Shown here: positions 1-12,544 of the stretch, piece after piece | Position numbering within the stretch: the stretch's first letter is position 1 | Layout: each line of letters opens with the position of its first letter | Source: Hydrolagus colliei | Lineage: Eukaryota | Direction: 5' to 3' | Length of the DNA stretch: 64,000 nucleotides | Assembly: GCA_035084275.1 (NCBI GenBank) | Contig: CM068758.1 | Span: forward strand, 5,642,001 to 5,706,000 | The notes under the pieces: model-generated | What the model saw: only the letters and a program-made list of their open reading frames with translations | Told to the model about the DNA's origin: nothing | The model's database searches: none | Made by a program: the position numbers and the translations under genes

Positions 1-679
1 TTTTGTTTTAATACCAATAGCTCTTCAAACCCGCTCTTTGACAAATGATTTATTATGTCTCCTTTTCGGAAAGCCCAACAATTATTTTATGTTTTGCTTT
101 TGAGGCCACCCGGCTTTAGAAGTTCCACTCTGCACATTTAAAAAAACAAAAATCTTGGTTACAAACTGAGGTTCCTAATCCACTGTTTATTTTTCTTATT
201 TCAGAAATGTTTTTAAGTTTCCTGGAATGCCTTTCCTCTCTCTCTCTCTCTATCCTCTCCTCCCTTTCCGATCTCAAAAACAGGTGGCAGTGGGAAGGGA
301 GAGAAGGGGAGTGGGGATGGAGATTTGCGTAATTAGAAAATAGTAAGCACGCCGAGTTTTCATACCGACTTGACATTCTTTGCATCCCAAACATTTCAGC
401 ACTGCTTTGTAGTAACTCTAGTCCAGTTAAAAGCATTTTCCTGCAAAAGATTGGAACATGAGAGTCAAAGGAAGTGGGACACCTGCAAACCACACTGACA
501 ATCACTGCTATCTCATGCTTTCTTATGGGCCAAATTCTTTGCTCATTAAGCTAGGGGTTGTTGATCATGACTTTTCCCCATATTGTGCATCAAGGGTGTA
601 TATTTCCAAGTCCCAATATGAGAATTGAACTATAATTACAACCTTTTGACTCAGAGGCAAGATTTTCATTATACACAGT

Positions 680-1035
680 AAATACACAGTGTACCCTGGT
701 AGGATAGATACCAACTGAGCCAGAAACGCAAAATGCAAGGAATATTTTATTACTTAATATATTCTCAATGTTATAACAATTGTGTGCTGACTTTCAGATG
801 AAATTGTAGCCAGTGATTGGAAATGATAAATTGGTTGGCTACCGGCACACTACTCTTTTAGGTCACGTTGGATCTCTGATACGGATTAATAAGCACTTGA
901 AATGATGTTGTGGAAATGATAAGTATGTTTGTCCTTATTAGCATCGCATTTTGAAGAACACACAAAGAACCACACTTACTTTATGTGCAAATGATAAGCA
1001 AATGGGATCTCGGTTTAACACCCACATCCAAAAGA
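680..1035 (-). mobile_element. Degenerate DeuSINE-like fragments
   Basis: ataccaactgagcc (tRNA-like head, reverse strand, ~708-721) and gggatctcggtttaacacccacatccaaaaga (Deu core, reverse strand). Similar to the copies at 40585 and 42990. Confidence 0.4.
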
Positions 1036-1529
1036 AATTGTTATGATTAAAGGAACTTCATACTTACTGCATTATACACAAGAGGTGCCAAAATAGTCAT
1101 TTAAAAAATAAAACCCATTTCAATTAATAGCGATGCTTATTATTACTAACGCTACATCTAACTTGTGCTTCATCTGATATAGGAAGTGTTTGAAGTTTGG
1201 AACAGAAAGTAAGAGTGAAAAGGGTTAAATGGTGAAAGGAATTGTTACTCATTTAGTCTTCACTCAATTTGTGAATTGCTTGCATAAGATGGTATGATTT
1301 TTAACACATGTAATGATAGTTTGATGAATAGCAATATTTACAGTAACTATCACAATTCCATGTTATTTTTTCAGCAGATGCTTTTAGTTCTTTTTATGTT
1401 TTAAACTGCCTTGAGGTATGGTGAGTAGGTTATTGTTTTATCACAGTCCAAAATTTTGAATTAACGTCTTCTTTTGCTTTTTCTCGTATTCTCTGAGGGT
1501 ACAAAGGCAACATCATAGTGTATCTCCAC

Positions 1530-1940
1530 CGTGGCTTTAGATGATGGTACCAGCCACCAGTTCTCCTGGTGCTTTTCAACGGGATTCTCTCTGAGGCATG
1601 GACCCCACACGCCCTCAATGGTCCAGAGTAAAATTGTGGTGTCTATCCACAAGGAGAGTGACCCAAGTGAGACTGATAACTGCGGAGGGATCTCACTGAT
1701 TTCAGGACATCTTGACACTGAAGGTGACTGGCCAGTGGTCAGAGGTTTCTCAGCAACGTTGGAAAAATCAATTGGAGAGCACAGGGGTGTGTCGATCCAC
1801 TCACCACCATGTGATCGATTGCTGTTCCATTCTGTACTCCACACTGATGCCATGTTATTGGTGAACCTCACTCATTGAGGTTGAATCTCTGCTTCATTGG
1901 TGAAGCAGAAAGATCTTTTCATTACTGTGGCCCTTCTCTC
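1530..1940 (+). mobile_element. Highly decayed non-LTR retrotransposon RT fragment (RTE-like)
   Basis: Translation KIVVSIHKESDPSETDNCGGISLIS resembles the pre-RT motif (I/V)VPI(Y/H)KKGD..C.NYRGISLLS, and a KQKDLFIT-like segment lies downstream. Confidence 0.45.
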
Positions 1941-1972
1941 CGGAAGCTGGGGAAGCTGGTCCGCGGTACATC

Positions 1973-2215
1973 AACAACAACAACAAAATTACACTTGTAT
2001 AGCGCCTTTCACATCATGAGGATGTCCCAAGGCGTTGGACAGTCATTGTTTCAGACCTGAGCTGGGGTCGGGGACGGGGAGGGTGGAGGAAAAGGAGGAA
2101 TTTGGGGTGACTGATGGGACCGTCGAAAAGGAGGGTCTTGTAGGAGGCCAGGGAGGGGGCAAGGCAGAGTAACTGTGGGATACAGTTCCAGAGATTAGGG
2201 GCAAAGTGGCTGAAC
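1973..2215 (-). mobile_element. L2 LINE 3' end
   Basis: (CAA)n tail, atagcgcctttcac terminal motif, and minus-strand ORF FSHFAPNLWNCIPQLLCLAPSLASYKTLLF (L2 ORF2 C-terminus). Confidence 0.85.
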
Positions 2216-2909
2216 AATTGTTAGAAGAAGTTGCATCCATGCAGTGTACCCTCTAGATAAGCTGCTCATTTGGGGACTGGCCAGTTTAGTTAGCCGCAGC
2301 TTTATCTGCCTCACTGTAACTCACTCTAACTCCTGGTCTGTCCGTCCCCGCCATGAAGGCAGTGACTCATTGTATACTGAATTTCTACAGTGGAAGGATA
2401 TATCCATCCAATGCAGTTCAATGTGAGCCCCCTTTTAAGAGCATGGATCCCTAGTCACACTATAGAGGTCCAGCAAGCTTGCCACTCTCCCTCTCCCACC
2501 CCCTGATTGTTAACCTTTATGAGTTGTAGCTCTAGGTATGTCTGGGTTCCCTAAGATGATCATTTTCTGTCTTACTCATTCATCAAAACAAACTCTAATG
2601 TTCCAGTTTAAATTACCCAAATGCTAGGATTATTATTTACTCAGTTGGCATGTGTAGCCACATTCCTTTATTATTAATCCTATAGGACTAATCTTTACAC
2701 AATGGGGTATTTGTACTATTCCTTGCACACCAGGTGAATTCATTGATCTGGATTTACTCCTTGTTTCCATTTGGGAACTCTGGTGAAATTGCTCCTGTGG
2801 GCTACAAAATAATGGAATTTAATTTAAATAGTATGACATTTTCCAAATTTATTGTTATTTTACTTTACAATTGCACAATTTACTGGTCTCGCATATTAAT
2901 CGCTACTTT

Positions 2910-3052
2910 TGTATTTTGTGGGATCCACATTCCTATATTTCGCCCACAAATATACAGTCAATTCACTTTACAGTATATTCTGTGAAGCGCTTTGAGGCAC
3001 ATCTAGAAGACGTGAAAAGCGCAATAGCAAATGGAAGGATTATTATTCTTAT
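2910..3052 (+). mobile_element. tRNA-SINE family A, 3' part (second tail fragment at ~3255-3345)
   Basis: tttcgcccacaaatatacagtcaattcactttacagtatattctgtgaagcgctttgag...aaggattattatt, matching the full-length copies elsewhere in the window. Confidence 0.85.
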
Positions 3053-3685
3053 TGATTGTCATCACTATATTCGGTCATCTTATGTTGTCACTTCACCAAA
3101 TTGAGATGGAATGCTGATCAACCACAACAACTTGCACTTATAGAGCATGCTTCACCCAGGGTAGTATCTCAGAGTGCTTAAACTTATTGATCAAGAAGTA
3201 TGGTTTAGTTTTCACGAGTGGTAAATTCTCTAAAGTTAATTTAAAATTAATAATAGTCAATTCACTTTACAGTATGTACTGTGAGGCACTTTCACACACC
3301 TAGAAGACGTGAAAAGTGCTACATCAAATGCAAGGATTATGATTGTTATAAAGTGTTGCTCAGATATAAACTTACTAGAAACTCACAAGTTAGCTATTTT
3401 GTTAAAGGAGTTGATTAAGAGGCAGAAGAGAAGTTTATCCATACTTTTCATGTCACTGTAGTAAGAAGTGAAGCTTACCATCCACTCCTCTGAGAACCAC
3501 AGAGCAGTTTCCCTGGACTCAGTAAGGTCTGAAATCATGTGGACAAGGAAAAGATGAGTCAATCAAAGCCTCCAAACTGGCTCCTAGGTACGGTATATCA
3601 CAGTCTCAGCTAAGTCCAGGACATAATCCAAAGCTAACTCTTTACTGGCATTCTTTTTTGCATGGTATTTTTAAACTCTCAGCAC

Positions 3686-4001
3686 TAATAATAATAATCC
3701 TTGCATTTGATATAGTGCCTTATCACGTCTTCCAGATGTCTTGAAGCGCTTCACAGAATATGCCGTAAAGTGAATTGACTGTATATTTTGTGGGCGAAAC
3801 GTGGCAGCTAATTGTGCACAGCAGTGTCCCATAAATAGTCGTGGATTAAAATGACCAATTTATTATTGGTTTTCTTTTGAGGGATTATTATTAGATGTGT
3901 GGAGTAAGGGAACGTGCCCAAGGTTTTGCCCTGCTTGGGATTGAAATCATGTCTCTCACTTGTAAGGTGAGTGCTCTAACCACTGAGCTGCAGGACTCCA
4001 C
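3686..4001 (-). mobile_element. tRNA-SINE family A, full length (~315 bp)
   Basis: Reverse-strand head GTGGAGTCCTGCAGCTCAGTGGTTAGAGCAC (A box), body shared with other copies, (TAT)n tail. Confidence 0.9.
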
Positions 4002-4017
4002 TAACTTACATAGTTAG

Positions 4018-4445
4018 AACAACAACAACAAATTGCACATATATAGTACTTTCATGTCAGGAGGATATCCCAAGACACTAGACAGTCAAGGTTTTGCTCC
4101 CGAGCTGGTGGTTGAAATCAGGAGTTGAGGGCAGGGGACAGAGGGTTGAAGGTGGGAGGATGACCAAAGTCACAGTCCAAGAGGAATGACTTGAGACAGG
4201 TCTTGAAGGAGGCAATCGAGGGGACAAAGTGGAGGGATTCAGGGATGGAGTTCCAGGGAGTAGGGGCTGAAACGCTGAAGGCCTGAAGTCTGATGGTGAG
4301 GAGGCTGGTTGAGGGTCGAGGGGAAGGCCTGTGCCTGCTGAGTGAAGGCAGTGGGCAGGTTTTAATGGTTTTAGTAGGTTGCATAGGTAGAGGGAGAGCA
4401 AGATCATAGAGGGCTTTGAAACAGAGGATGAGGATCTAAAATACT
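4018..4445 (-). mobile_element. L2 LINE 3' end
   Basis: (CAA)n tail; ORF remnant AFSVSAPTPWNSIPESLHFVPSIASFKTCLKSFLLD. Confidence 0.85.
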
Positions 4446-5089
4446 GGGTAATCAAACGTTTGCTACAGGGTTGGATTCTCTGTTCCATGCTACAGACACC
4501 TTTGGTAAGTTAGTGATACTTTATTTTAACTCAGACCAGTAAAATGTTATACTTTTACTGCCTGTGACCATGAATATGAGTGATCCATTAACACCAGTCA
4601 CAGTGTAATCCATGGAGCTACATAAATGAGCTAAGATTGTGTTATACAAATGGATTTTAAATTAGGTCATAGTCTAATGTTGTTAAGCTTATTCATGCTT
4701 AGATCAATTGGTTGTTTTCAGGGTGGTGTGATGGTTGAAGCTTCAAAGCATGGGAAACTAATAAAATTAAATGAAAAACACATTAGTTAGCCTTTGTTTA
4801 TTTCTTATATTTTCCTTTGGAGCAATCTAAAAATGTTATTTGCAGACATAATCATAATTATGATCATATTTAAAAACAGAACTAGTCAATCAGCAGGTTA
4901 TTTTATGCAGATTGCATTGGCTGAGTTCTGCTACATTTTTTGTTAAGAATTTTGTCCTATGCCACCTTCTCTCCTGAAATCACTCATCGATCTTCACACC
5001 GTTTACACTGTTAATGCTGGCAGGCTAATCTTTTGTGGGAAGACGAGGGGAAAGAAATATCACAGTTAAATCTGATCTTGTTATTATAC

Positions 5090-5205
5090 ACAACTGTTCA
5101 GAATGGGTCATCGGAGAGCAATGAGGAGCGGGAACATTGGCTGACCTTAAGAGATCTGATGGGCCGAATGAACTTTTCTTGTTCCTTGATTTCTTATGTT
5201 CTTGT
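5090..5205 (+). mobile_element. CR1 LINE 3' terminal fragment
   Basis: gatgggccgaatgaacttttcttgttccttgatttcttatgttctt resembles the CR1 3' stem and tail. Confidence 0.55.
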
Positions 5206-5409
5206 CCAGTAACCTCAGCTGGAAGGTCACTTTCAACTGTGCTGATGTTCGGGAACAGAATGTCTAATAATGTGATAATAGCCCTTGTTAGCAGAAAGAT
5301 CAGCATCGATCCAACCTTCATTTGAATTATATTGTAGGGAAGAAGACATAGGTTATTAGTGGCAAAGAGCAATTGTAGCACAGGAAGGTTACCAGGAAGG
5401 TTTTCTTTA

Positions 5410-5951
5410 GATCATCCAGAACTCTGCGACCATGTCCTCTATCGCATCAAGCTCCGTGACCCCATCTCCCCCATTCTCGCCTGACTCCATTGGCTCCCTA
5501 ATACCCAGAGGATTCAATTCAAGATACTGGTCCTCACTTTTAAATCCCTCCGTGCCTCACTCTGTGACCTCCTAACCCCCTACCATCCTGCCCACTACCT
5601 CCGCACAGTGAGCTCCGGCCTGCTCCATGTCCCCAGCCCCACCATCAGTATGTGAGCCTTCAGCCACTCTGCCCCTAACCTCTGGAATTCCATCCGCCCA
5701 GCCAAAAAGGCCCACGAACGACAGGGGAGGGTGGGACTGACTCGGGCCGCTCGCCCCCTCCTTAGCCTCCTTCAAGTCACGCCTCAAGACCCTCCGCTTT
5801 GACGGTCCCATCGATCACCCACCCCTCCCCTCCTTTCACTCCACGCTCCCCAAACCTGGCCCCAGCTTGGGTCTCAAACACTGACTGTCCAAGGCCTTGG
5901 GATGTCCCCCCAACTTAAAAAGTGTTACACAAATGTCATTTTGTTGTTGTA
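5410..5951 (+). mobile_element. L2 LINE 3' portion
   Basis: IIQNSA...LHWLPI..RIQFKILVLTFKSL-like coding remnant, gccttcagccactctgcccctaacctctggaattcc, and a (TTG)n tail. Confidence 0.85.
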
Positions 5952-6954
5952 GATATAGCCGGCTTTTACCTTTTCCGATTGATGGATGCCTCACACATGC
6001 TTAAAAAAGAGCATGCTGGTTTGAGCATCCATCTGGCAGAAACCAATTGCAGATGAAACATCTCTTGTGATACTTTTAAGGTATAGGCTTAAATATAACA
6101 GGAGGGATGTCTCACTTGCACTTGGCTTGTTCCTGTCGAGAGACCTAAATTATATCAGGAACTGAATTAGTGGTTTAGCAAGAAGATTAAAACAAAAAAT
6201 GTTAAAATTCCCCCAAATGGAAATTCCCCCAAGTAAATCAAATTGCTTTTCCTATACATCAGACGCTAATTTTGGCTGCAATACAGCAGATGGTTTTGCC
6301 TTTTCAATGAGCAGTTAGGTTTGCATGCAATTTGTTTGTGGGTGGTTTGTCAGAACAAATGTATTGTTCTTGATGAATGTTCCCTTGCTGAGCTAATATG
6401 AATTTATCTTTTCTTGTTTACTTGTTTGTCCTTGAGAGCAACGGACGGAGCACAAGAAGGATAGAAACTATAAACAACAAGGATTGACTCTAATGTGATG
6501 AAATAGTAAGTTAATGTCTGGTCTTATTCAGTGTTCACAATGCTCCACTGACATGGTATGGGGAGAGGAATCAATTTCTGATTCTAGTGGTTACTTAAGA
6601 ACTGCTTGATTTTGGTGACACACAATCTAAACTTGGGTCATTTAACGATCTTGACTTCAAGATTGTTAAATGATCGTTGGCTTCACTGTCATTTCCGCTA
6701 GATAATTTGTTGATCTACTAGTTTGTCACCCTCTAAAGGCAAGTTTAAGAAGTAAAATCAAACTAGATTCATCTGAATCACTCCCTCAATCTCCAATCTT
6801 TTGTGTGATATCTGGTCCCTTCTTTTTTCTTGCCTATCTTTTCTCTCCTCAGCAGAGGTAGTCCTAATCCAGATAGATTATTGTACCTTCTAGCGTTGAT
6901 TTCCTCCGTTTATATGCAGAAACCAGGATATGTAGGGGAGCTAGGGTTGGGTAA

Positions 6955-7070
6955 ATAATAATAAATAGTAACCCTTGCATTTGACATAGCGTTTTTCACA
7001 TCTTATCAACATCTCAAAGCGCTTCACAGAATATACTATAAAGTGAATTGACTGTACATTTGTGGGTGAA
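6955..7070 (-). mobile_element. SINE family A, 3' fragment
   Basis: ccttgcatttgacatagcgtttttcac...aagcgcttcacagaatatactataaagtgaattgactg. Confidence 0.85.
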
Positions 7071-7079
7071 TAGAGTGAG

Positions 7080-7235
7080 AGATATCACAGCTGAGCCAGA
7101 ACCCATCCTGATGCCATGTTCACTAACACACCCTTCATCAGGAAGTGGATAACATTCAGGAGTGAGGACCTGGACTGATTTTTCTCTAACCCAGGGGTGT
7201 TGAGGCTAACTGTGATCTGTATGGCTCAGTTTCTT
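7080..7235 (-). mobile_element. Ancient dispersed repeat family C (SINE-like), fragment
   Basis: Reverse complement of the motifs gaggacaggat..ggct..gctgtgat and gaaaaatcagccagg seen at 8190 and 18700. Confidence 0.5.
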
Positions 7236-8189
7236 GCTGGTTAAATGTATCCGTCATTGGGGGAGCTCATAATAGGATATAATATGGGTGGTTTCTCATT
7301 GTAGTGTGGAGAATGGGGAGTATTTTAACAGGTCATTCTTTTCCTCACACATGACTGTTCGCTGCTATTACATATGCTGACAGGATACAGTATTTTATTT
7401 CATGCAGAGCACGTCCACTGTAATGTCTGCACACATTAGATCCATCAAATTACCACCAGGGAACATAAACTGATATTTCAGGTATGTTTTCCCAGCAGGA
7501 ATGCTGTCATTTGCATTTGTGTTTATAAATATACAGCACTGTGAGTTAACTCGATAATTGATGCCATGCATTTGTTCCATTTAATCTCTGACCGCTGTAA
7601 TCATTTGCACCAAATGCACTAAAGTTGCCCCCTGCTTTATTTACATCGAAACGAGGAGGACTTCAGGGTGAGGATTTTGCGAGCAGGAGATTTGACTTTG
7701 GTTGTGAATGCAGAATTAATTTAAGAGTAACAAACTAGCTCCTTCCTTTGCATGTGGTCAAAATTCTGGTGAATTAGTACTGCTAAAGTCAAAGGTTTAG
7801 GGGATGTATTCATGTGTTTCGGTGCACAAGGGCACCCAAGATGCCATATTCCTCAAAGTGACTATTTCTGGTAGATACAGAGTTGTGCATTCTCAGGAGA
7901 GGTGATCAACACCTTACTTCTAATCTTCCCCAATGGACTGTCCAGCACCAACCAGTAGCTGTAGTTACAGCTCCTCTGCTGACGACCTCTAAAACCACCT
8001 TTCGTTAGTGAGCTGCAGATAGACACAACTTATGTCCCACTCAAACTGATATAACAATCCGGTATGTGAACAAGTGACCCACACAGCTGGAAATTGTGCT
8101 GCAAACTAGTTTGTAGTTCTAGTTCTATGTACTGCACAGAATTTACACCACTATTAAGTAACAGTTTTAAACCATACTGGTCCATCATG

Positions 8190-8395
8190 TGACCTCAGGC
8201 AGGGCAGTGGTTAGGGCCACAATTGATCTGAGCTCCCCTACATCAGGGTGGGGAAATCAACCAGGATCTAGGATTCCTGTTCTTCATCATCACTATCCAG
8301 TGAGCCATGTCGGAAAAGGCTCATGCATGTCAATGTCGAATGAGGACAAGATGGGAATCAACGTTGATGGTCAAATATTTTGCTGATATTCACTG
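8190..8395 (+). mobile_element. Ancient dispersed repeat family C (SINE-like)
   Basis: ggggaaatcaaccagg...ctatccagtga...gaggacaagat is shared with 18700-18990, 29410-29495, 44195-44315 and reverse copies at 7080, 16205 and 45950. Confidence 0.55.
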
Positions 8396-9351
8396 GAGAG
8401 GGGAGAGGAATTAAATATGTTCAATCCTTATGCTTCCTCCTCTCTCTCTTCCCCCCTTCCACACACACACACAAGAACCAAGGCTTTGGCTCACAGGTTA
8501 ATAGAAGCCAAGTGGGAGGAATCCCAGCCTGCTTCTCCATGTCCTGCTAATGAGCCAGGCTGGCTAGATTGTCAAAAGTATCCTGGAATGCTGTGGACCC
8601 ATCTGGCTCAGAAACTAGATCATCAAAAGTGCCACAGAGGATGAACTCAATTCTCATATTCGTTTGCCAAGCACGTCACCTTGGAGCCAACTCACCCCTA
8701 AAGAGATCTGCGTAGGGCCTCTCCATTTATACTGCAAGATTGGTTGATAGAAACATACATACACAAACTTCACACAGCACAGCTTCAGTGCAGAAGAATT
8801 AACATTGGCGATTTATAAATGCTGACAAATCTGTGAGATCACATAAAAACTCCATCTCCAGCTCTGTGCTTCATTGGTACATCAGTGTATCTGTTTCCCC
8901 TCTGGGCTATTTCTCTCTTCACTTTACTTCATGGGAGAAATAATCCTAATTGCAGTCACATTTTACTATTGGACAATTTTCCTTTAAAATTTAATTTTGC
9001 GTGCAATAGAATTTGGCGTGTTCCCAGTTACCTGGAGAAAGAAATACAGTGTGGGTGGTTCCTCATGCAAGACTAAAATTCCAACTAGTCTTCAACTGGA
9101 AGAACAATTTTACCCTAAAATCTTCTACCTAAAACACACAGAATTGTGAAATAAATTAGATATTTTGAAGTTGCTTTTTTGCAGTTCTTATACAGAACCA
9201 TCTTCCAAATTAAAACAAAATTAAAGAATTGTTTGCAATTCTTCACAATTTTAAACGTTAAAACTAAGTGTTCTCACAGGCTAAGACTAGGAGGACATTT
9301 CAAGGTTCTATATTTTGACAGATGGAAATAGTGAAATTGAACTAAAGCAAG

Positions 9352-9401
9352 ACCAGTAAATTACCAGTAAATTACCAGTAAATTACCAGTAAATCCAGTA
9401 A
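9352..9401. repeat. 11-bp tandem repeat (ACCAGTAAATT) x ~4.5
   Basis: Read directly: three exact units plus two degenerate units. Confidence 0.9.
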
Positions 9402-10304
9402 GGGTTTACAAATCTTATTAGATATTTGTGATTATAGTATAATATTTGTTAATTTTGTGGATTACAAAGTCACCTGAATCTAAAGTAAATTACAGCCTTA
9501 TTTGCAAGACTTGCAGACAGAATTCTAAACATAATGGTTGTAAAACAGGAAATGTATTTGAATGAAGAAATATTTTACATTTTCCTATTATATATTGGTC
9601 AGAAGATTAAAAATGATACTTTTCACTCCAGGCAATCTTTAGGATTGTTTTCTGTGAGAGATTACTTCTTCTCTGAAAATGGATTTCCTCCCCGGCAATT
9701 CAGGGCTGATTTGCAGAAGAGAGTCTCGACCCTAAATGGTCAGGGAACTGATTCAGTTTCATCAAGCTGGGAAACATTCCAAACCATTTGTTTCTTTGCT
9801 CCTGGCCCGTGGCTGATCCTGACATGTGTTACGTAATAAATCACACGTATGATAAAGAGAATCAACAGGATTTTGTAAGTCAACCCATTCCCTGAGAGAG
9901 TCTTGCAGCCTTTAGCATGCTCCCAAATAGTACTCCCCCCTTGCCCTTCAATATACTGTATACAGAACAAAGACCGAAGGGACCCTTCAAACAAGTTCCT
10001 TTTGGCAATGGGCATGGGTGCTGCTAGTTGAATACATGCAAGATGTGCGGAAGAGCAAGACGGCCGCCTATTGTGGTTTAGTACCATGGCAGGTATGTGC
10101 AGTTCCACGATTGAGGATAATGGTGAGGGATATATCTCCCCAAGGACACTCTTGAGTTACCAACACCTGGACATGAGGTATTGCTTTCAGTTGAGGAAGG
10201 AGAAAATAGCATAAAATTTGTGTTTGCTGAGGTGGAGTCGATTGTTATCAAAAAATTCCTGCCGTTCAATAGTGTTAGCAGAACCTAACAGCCCTCATCT
10301 AACC

Positions 10305-10388
10305 AGTATAACAACAACAACAAAATTACATTTGTATAGAGCCTTACATGTCGGGAGAATGTCGCAAGGCGTTGGACAGTCAGTGTTT
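10305..10388 (-). mobile_element. L2 orphan 3' tail
   Basis: aacaacaacaaaattacatttgtatagagccttacatg...ggcgttggacagtcagtgtttca, near-identical to 1975-2052. Confidence 0.75.
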
Positions 10389-10822
10389 CATAATAATTAT
10401 CATTATTATAAGCAGAAAAACAAGAAATTCTTCTCATTCTTTTGGGGCTGCTTGATCTTAGAATCTGCACGCTTTATTATTTTCTGTCAGACTCGCTGGC
10501 AGGCTCTCCAGTCAGGGATCGCATCCTACTGACCAGGCTGGTCAGGTTCCAATCTGGTCCCATGTTCTCACAAGGAAATGCAGTCAATCACATCTCCACA
10601 GGCTCCTGCTACGATTTCACCGATGGCTGCATGAAAAACTGCCTTTTGTATTCTCTCAATATATTTTAGATTGGTATCGTTTTACAAGGGGTATTGCAGA
10701 GAGGTTTGCAATACCTGCAAACCTCTCTGCAAGGTGCAAAGTGAAAGTCAGGTGAATCTTACAATTTGTTAAACGTGTTTTGATGAAATCTCTCCAGGGT
10801 CAACAAACTATGGAATTCTGAA

Positions 10823-11240
10823 GTATCAGCTTGGTTCAGTTGGTAACACTCTCACCTCTCAGTCAGAAGGTTGTGGGTTGAAGCCGCTCATTGGGACTTG
10901 GAATTCACAGTCCAGGCTGACACTCCAGTGCATTGTTGGTGGGGTATGGCATAATTGTCCAATGAATTAGACATTAAATTGAGCTCTCATCTGCTTATTT
11001 GAGTGTTAAAGATCGCATTGCCCTATTCAAAAAACAGAACAGAGTTTCTTTTGGTATCCTGGCCAACACTCCCACAGATAAAACGCGTCATTCACTTCAT
11101 GGTTGATCGTAGGATATTGCTGTGCGCAAATTGGCTGCTGCTGTGTCTCCAAAATCTACAGTAACTGCACTTCACGGTGAGGCATGTTGAGATATTTCAA
11201 TGACATGAAAAGGCACTATATTAAATGTAAGGATTATTAT
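10823..11240 (+). mobile_element. DeuSINE (SacSINE1-like, family B), near full length
   Basis: Head tcagcttggttcagttggtaacactctcacctctcagtcagaaggttgtgggtt, core ggctgacactccagtgca / taaagatc..attgc.ctatt / tcctggccaa / tgctgtgcgcaaattggctgc, and an L2-type tail. Confidence 0.8.
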
Positions 11241-12129
11241 TTAGTTCTGCCCTTCAATATATGACTTCTAGCAAAGACTTCTTACCTACAAATAAACTAT
11301 CACAAAGTATAGGATGTGTTGCTTTCCTTCCTGTATTTGCATTTTTCCCCCCCATCAGTAATCCTACTTAACAGCTTGTTGAAGACAGGCAGATTGAAAT
11401 CAGGGCTTGGAAATGATTGCTTCAGGTCCTCTTCATCTATTTCACTGTCAAATTGCATTGGTGAGCACATCAGCAGGACTTAATACCGTGCTTTGTAAGG
11501 TTTCCAAAAGCCCATCTGCACCTTTCTCCTCGACTGCTGCGTCAGTCAGAACACACATCTCAATAGCTGCCCCTTTGATCACTGGAGTGGTGACAATTGT
11601 CAGGCCAATTTGGCGACTGTCAGCGATTATCCTTTTGCATTTCATAAGCATCGCTTGAGCTGAGATCATTGTTGATTTCCTGACGCAACTTCTCTGCAGC
11701 GCCTTGCATAAATTCACTTTAGTTTCTGGAATGTAGCTCGTTTGCAGTTTTTGCAATGGTACTGGGCTTTATAAATTCAAGGAAGTGAGAAAATGGAGTC
11801 TGTCATGTTTCTAAAAAGGGATGGTAAAGAATTTGAGTCTCAGGTTGACAATGGAGGGCAATGATTTCCAAATATGAATAAAGGGCAGAGAGGAAAGTAG
11901 CATCTCTCCATTGTTGTGCATTTCACTCCGTGGCCTTTAGTTCACACATAGGTTACATTTTTGACCAAGAAGGCTTAAATTAAAGCTTTGTGAATATTCA
12001 GCAATGACAAATGTAAGTCTTTCATTATAATTTTTAAACCAGATTCCTTTGTAAGCCACATCATCTCACATGTGAAAACTAATGATAAGGTCTATTTTCA
12101 GAGCAGCGTTCCACTGGTATATTCCTAGT

Positions 12130-12408
12130 ATATTCGATTTCAAGATCCTCACTCTTGTTTTCAAATCTCTCTACTTCTCTGCAACCCCCTACCTCTCTGA
12201 TCTCCTCTCTCCTCACAATAGCAACCATTGCCTTCACTCTACAGGGTCTGGCCTCCTCTTTGTCCTCCGAATCCTCCGCTCCACCATCGGTGGCCGTGCC
12301 TTCAGCCACTACGCCTCAAGGCTCTGGAACTCCCTTTCTCACTCACTTCGCCTCGCCCCCTCTCTTCCTACTTTCAGGTCTCGGCTGAAGACCTTTCTTT
12401 TCAACCGC
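12130..12408 (+). mobile_element. L2 LINE 3' ORF2 fragment
   Basis: DFKILTLVFKSL...STIGGRAFSHYASRLWNSLSHSLRLAPSLPTFRSRLKTFLF; same subfamily as the copies at 30700 and 35560. Confidence 0.85.
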
Positions 12409-12544
12409 ACTATTTGAAAAGAGTAGGGAGTATCTCCCGGTGTTCTGGCCCAACAATCCTGAAATAATGGCTGTTTGTGGGACATTGTTAATCGCAAACT
12501 GGATGGTGTTTTTCATTTAAAAAAATACACCTTATAGTATATTC
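12408..12544 (+). mobile_element. DeuSINE 3' half, interrupted by the CR1 (tail resumes at 14797-14870)
   Basis: gcactatttgaaaagagtagggagtatctcccggtgttctggcccaac...ggctgtttgtgggacattg...agtatattc, continuing as atattctttgaagtgctttgagatg...aaatgcaaggattgctattat after the CR1. Confidence 0.75.

Noticed and set aside
9352-9401. Short regular repeat as a possible CRISPR-like array
   Set aside because: Head-to-tail 11-mers with no spacers in vertebrate DNA; a simple minisatellite.
11448-11756. 102-aa minus-strand ORF as a possible exon
   Set aside because: No recognisable homology or convincing splice sites; treated as candidate regulatory DNA instead.
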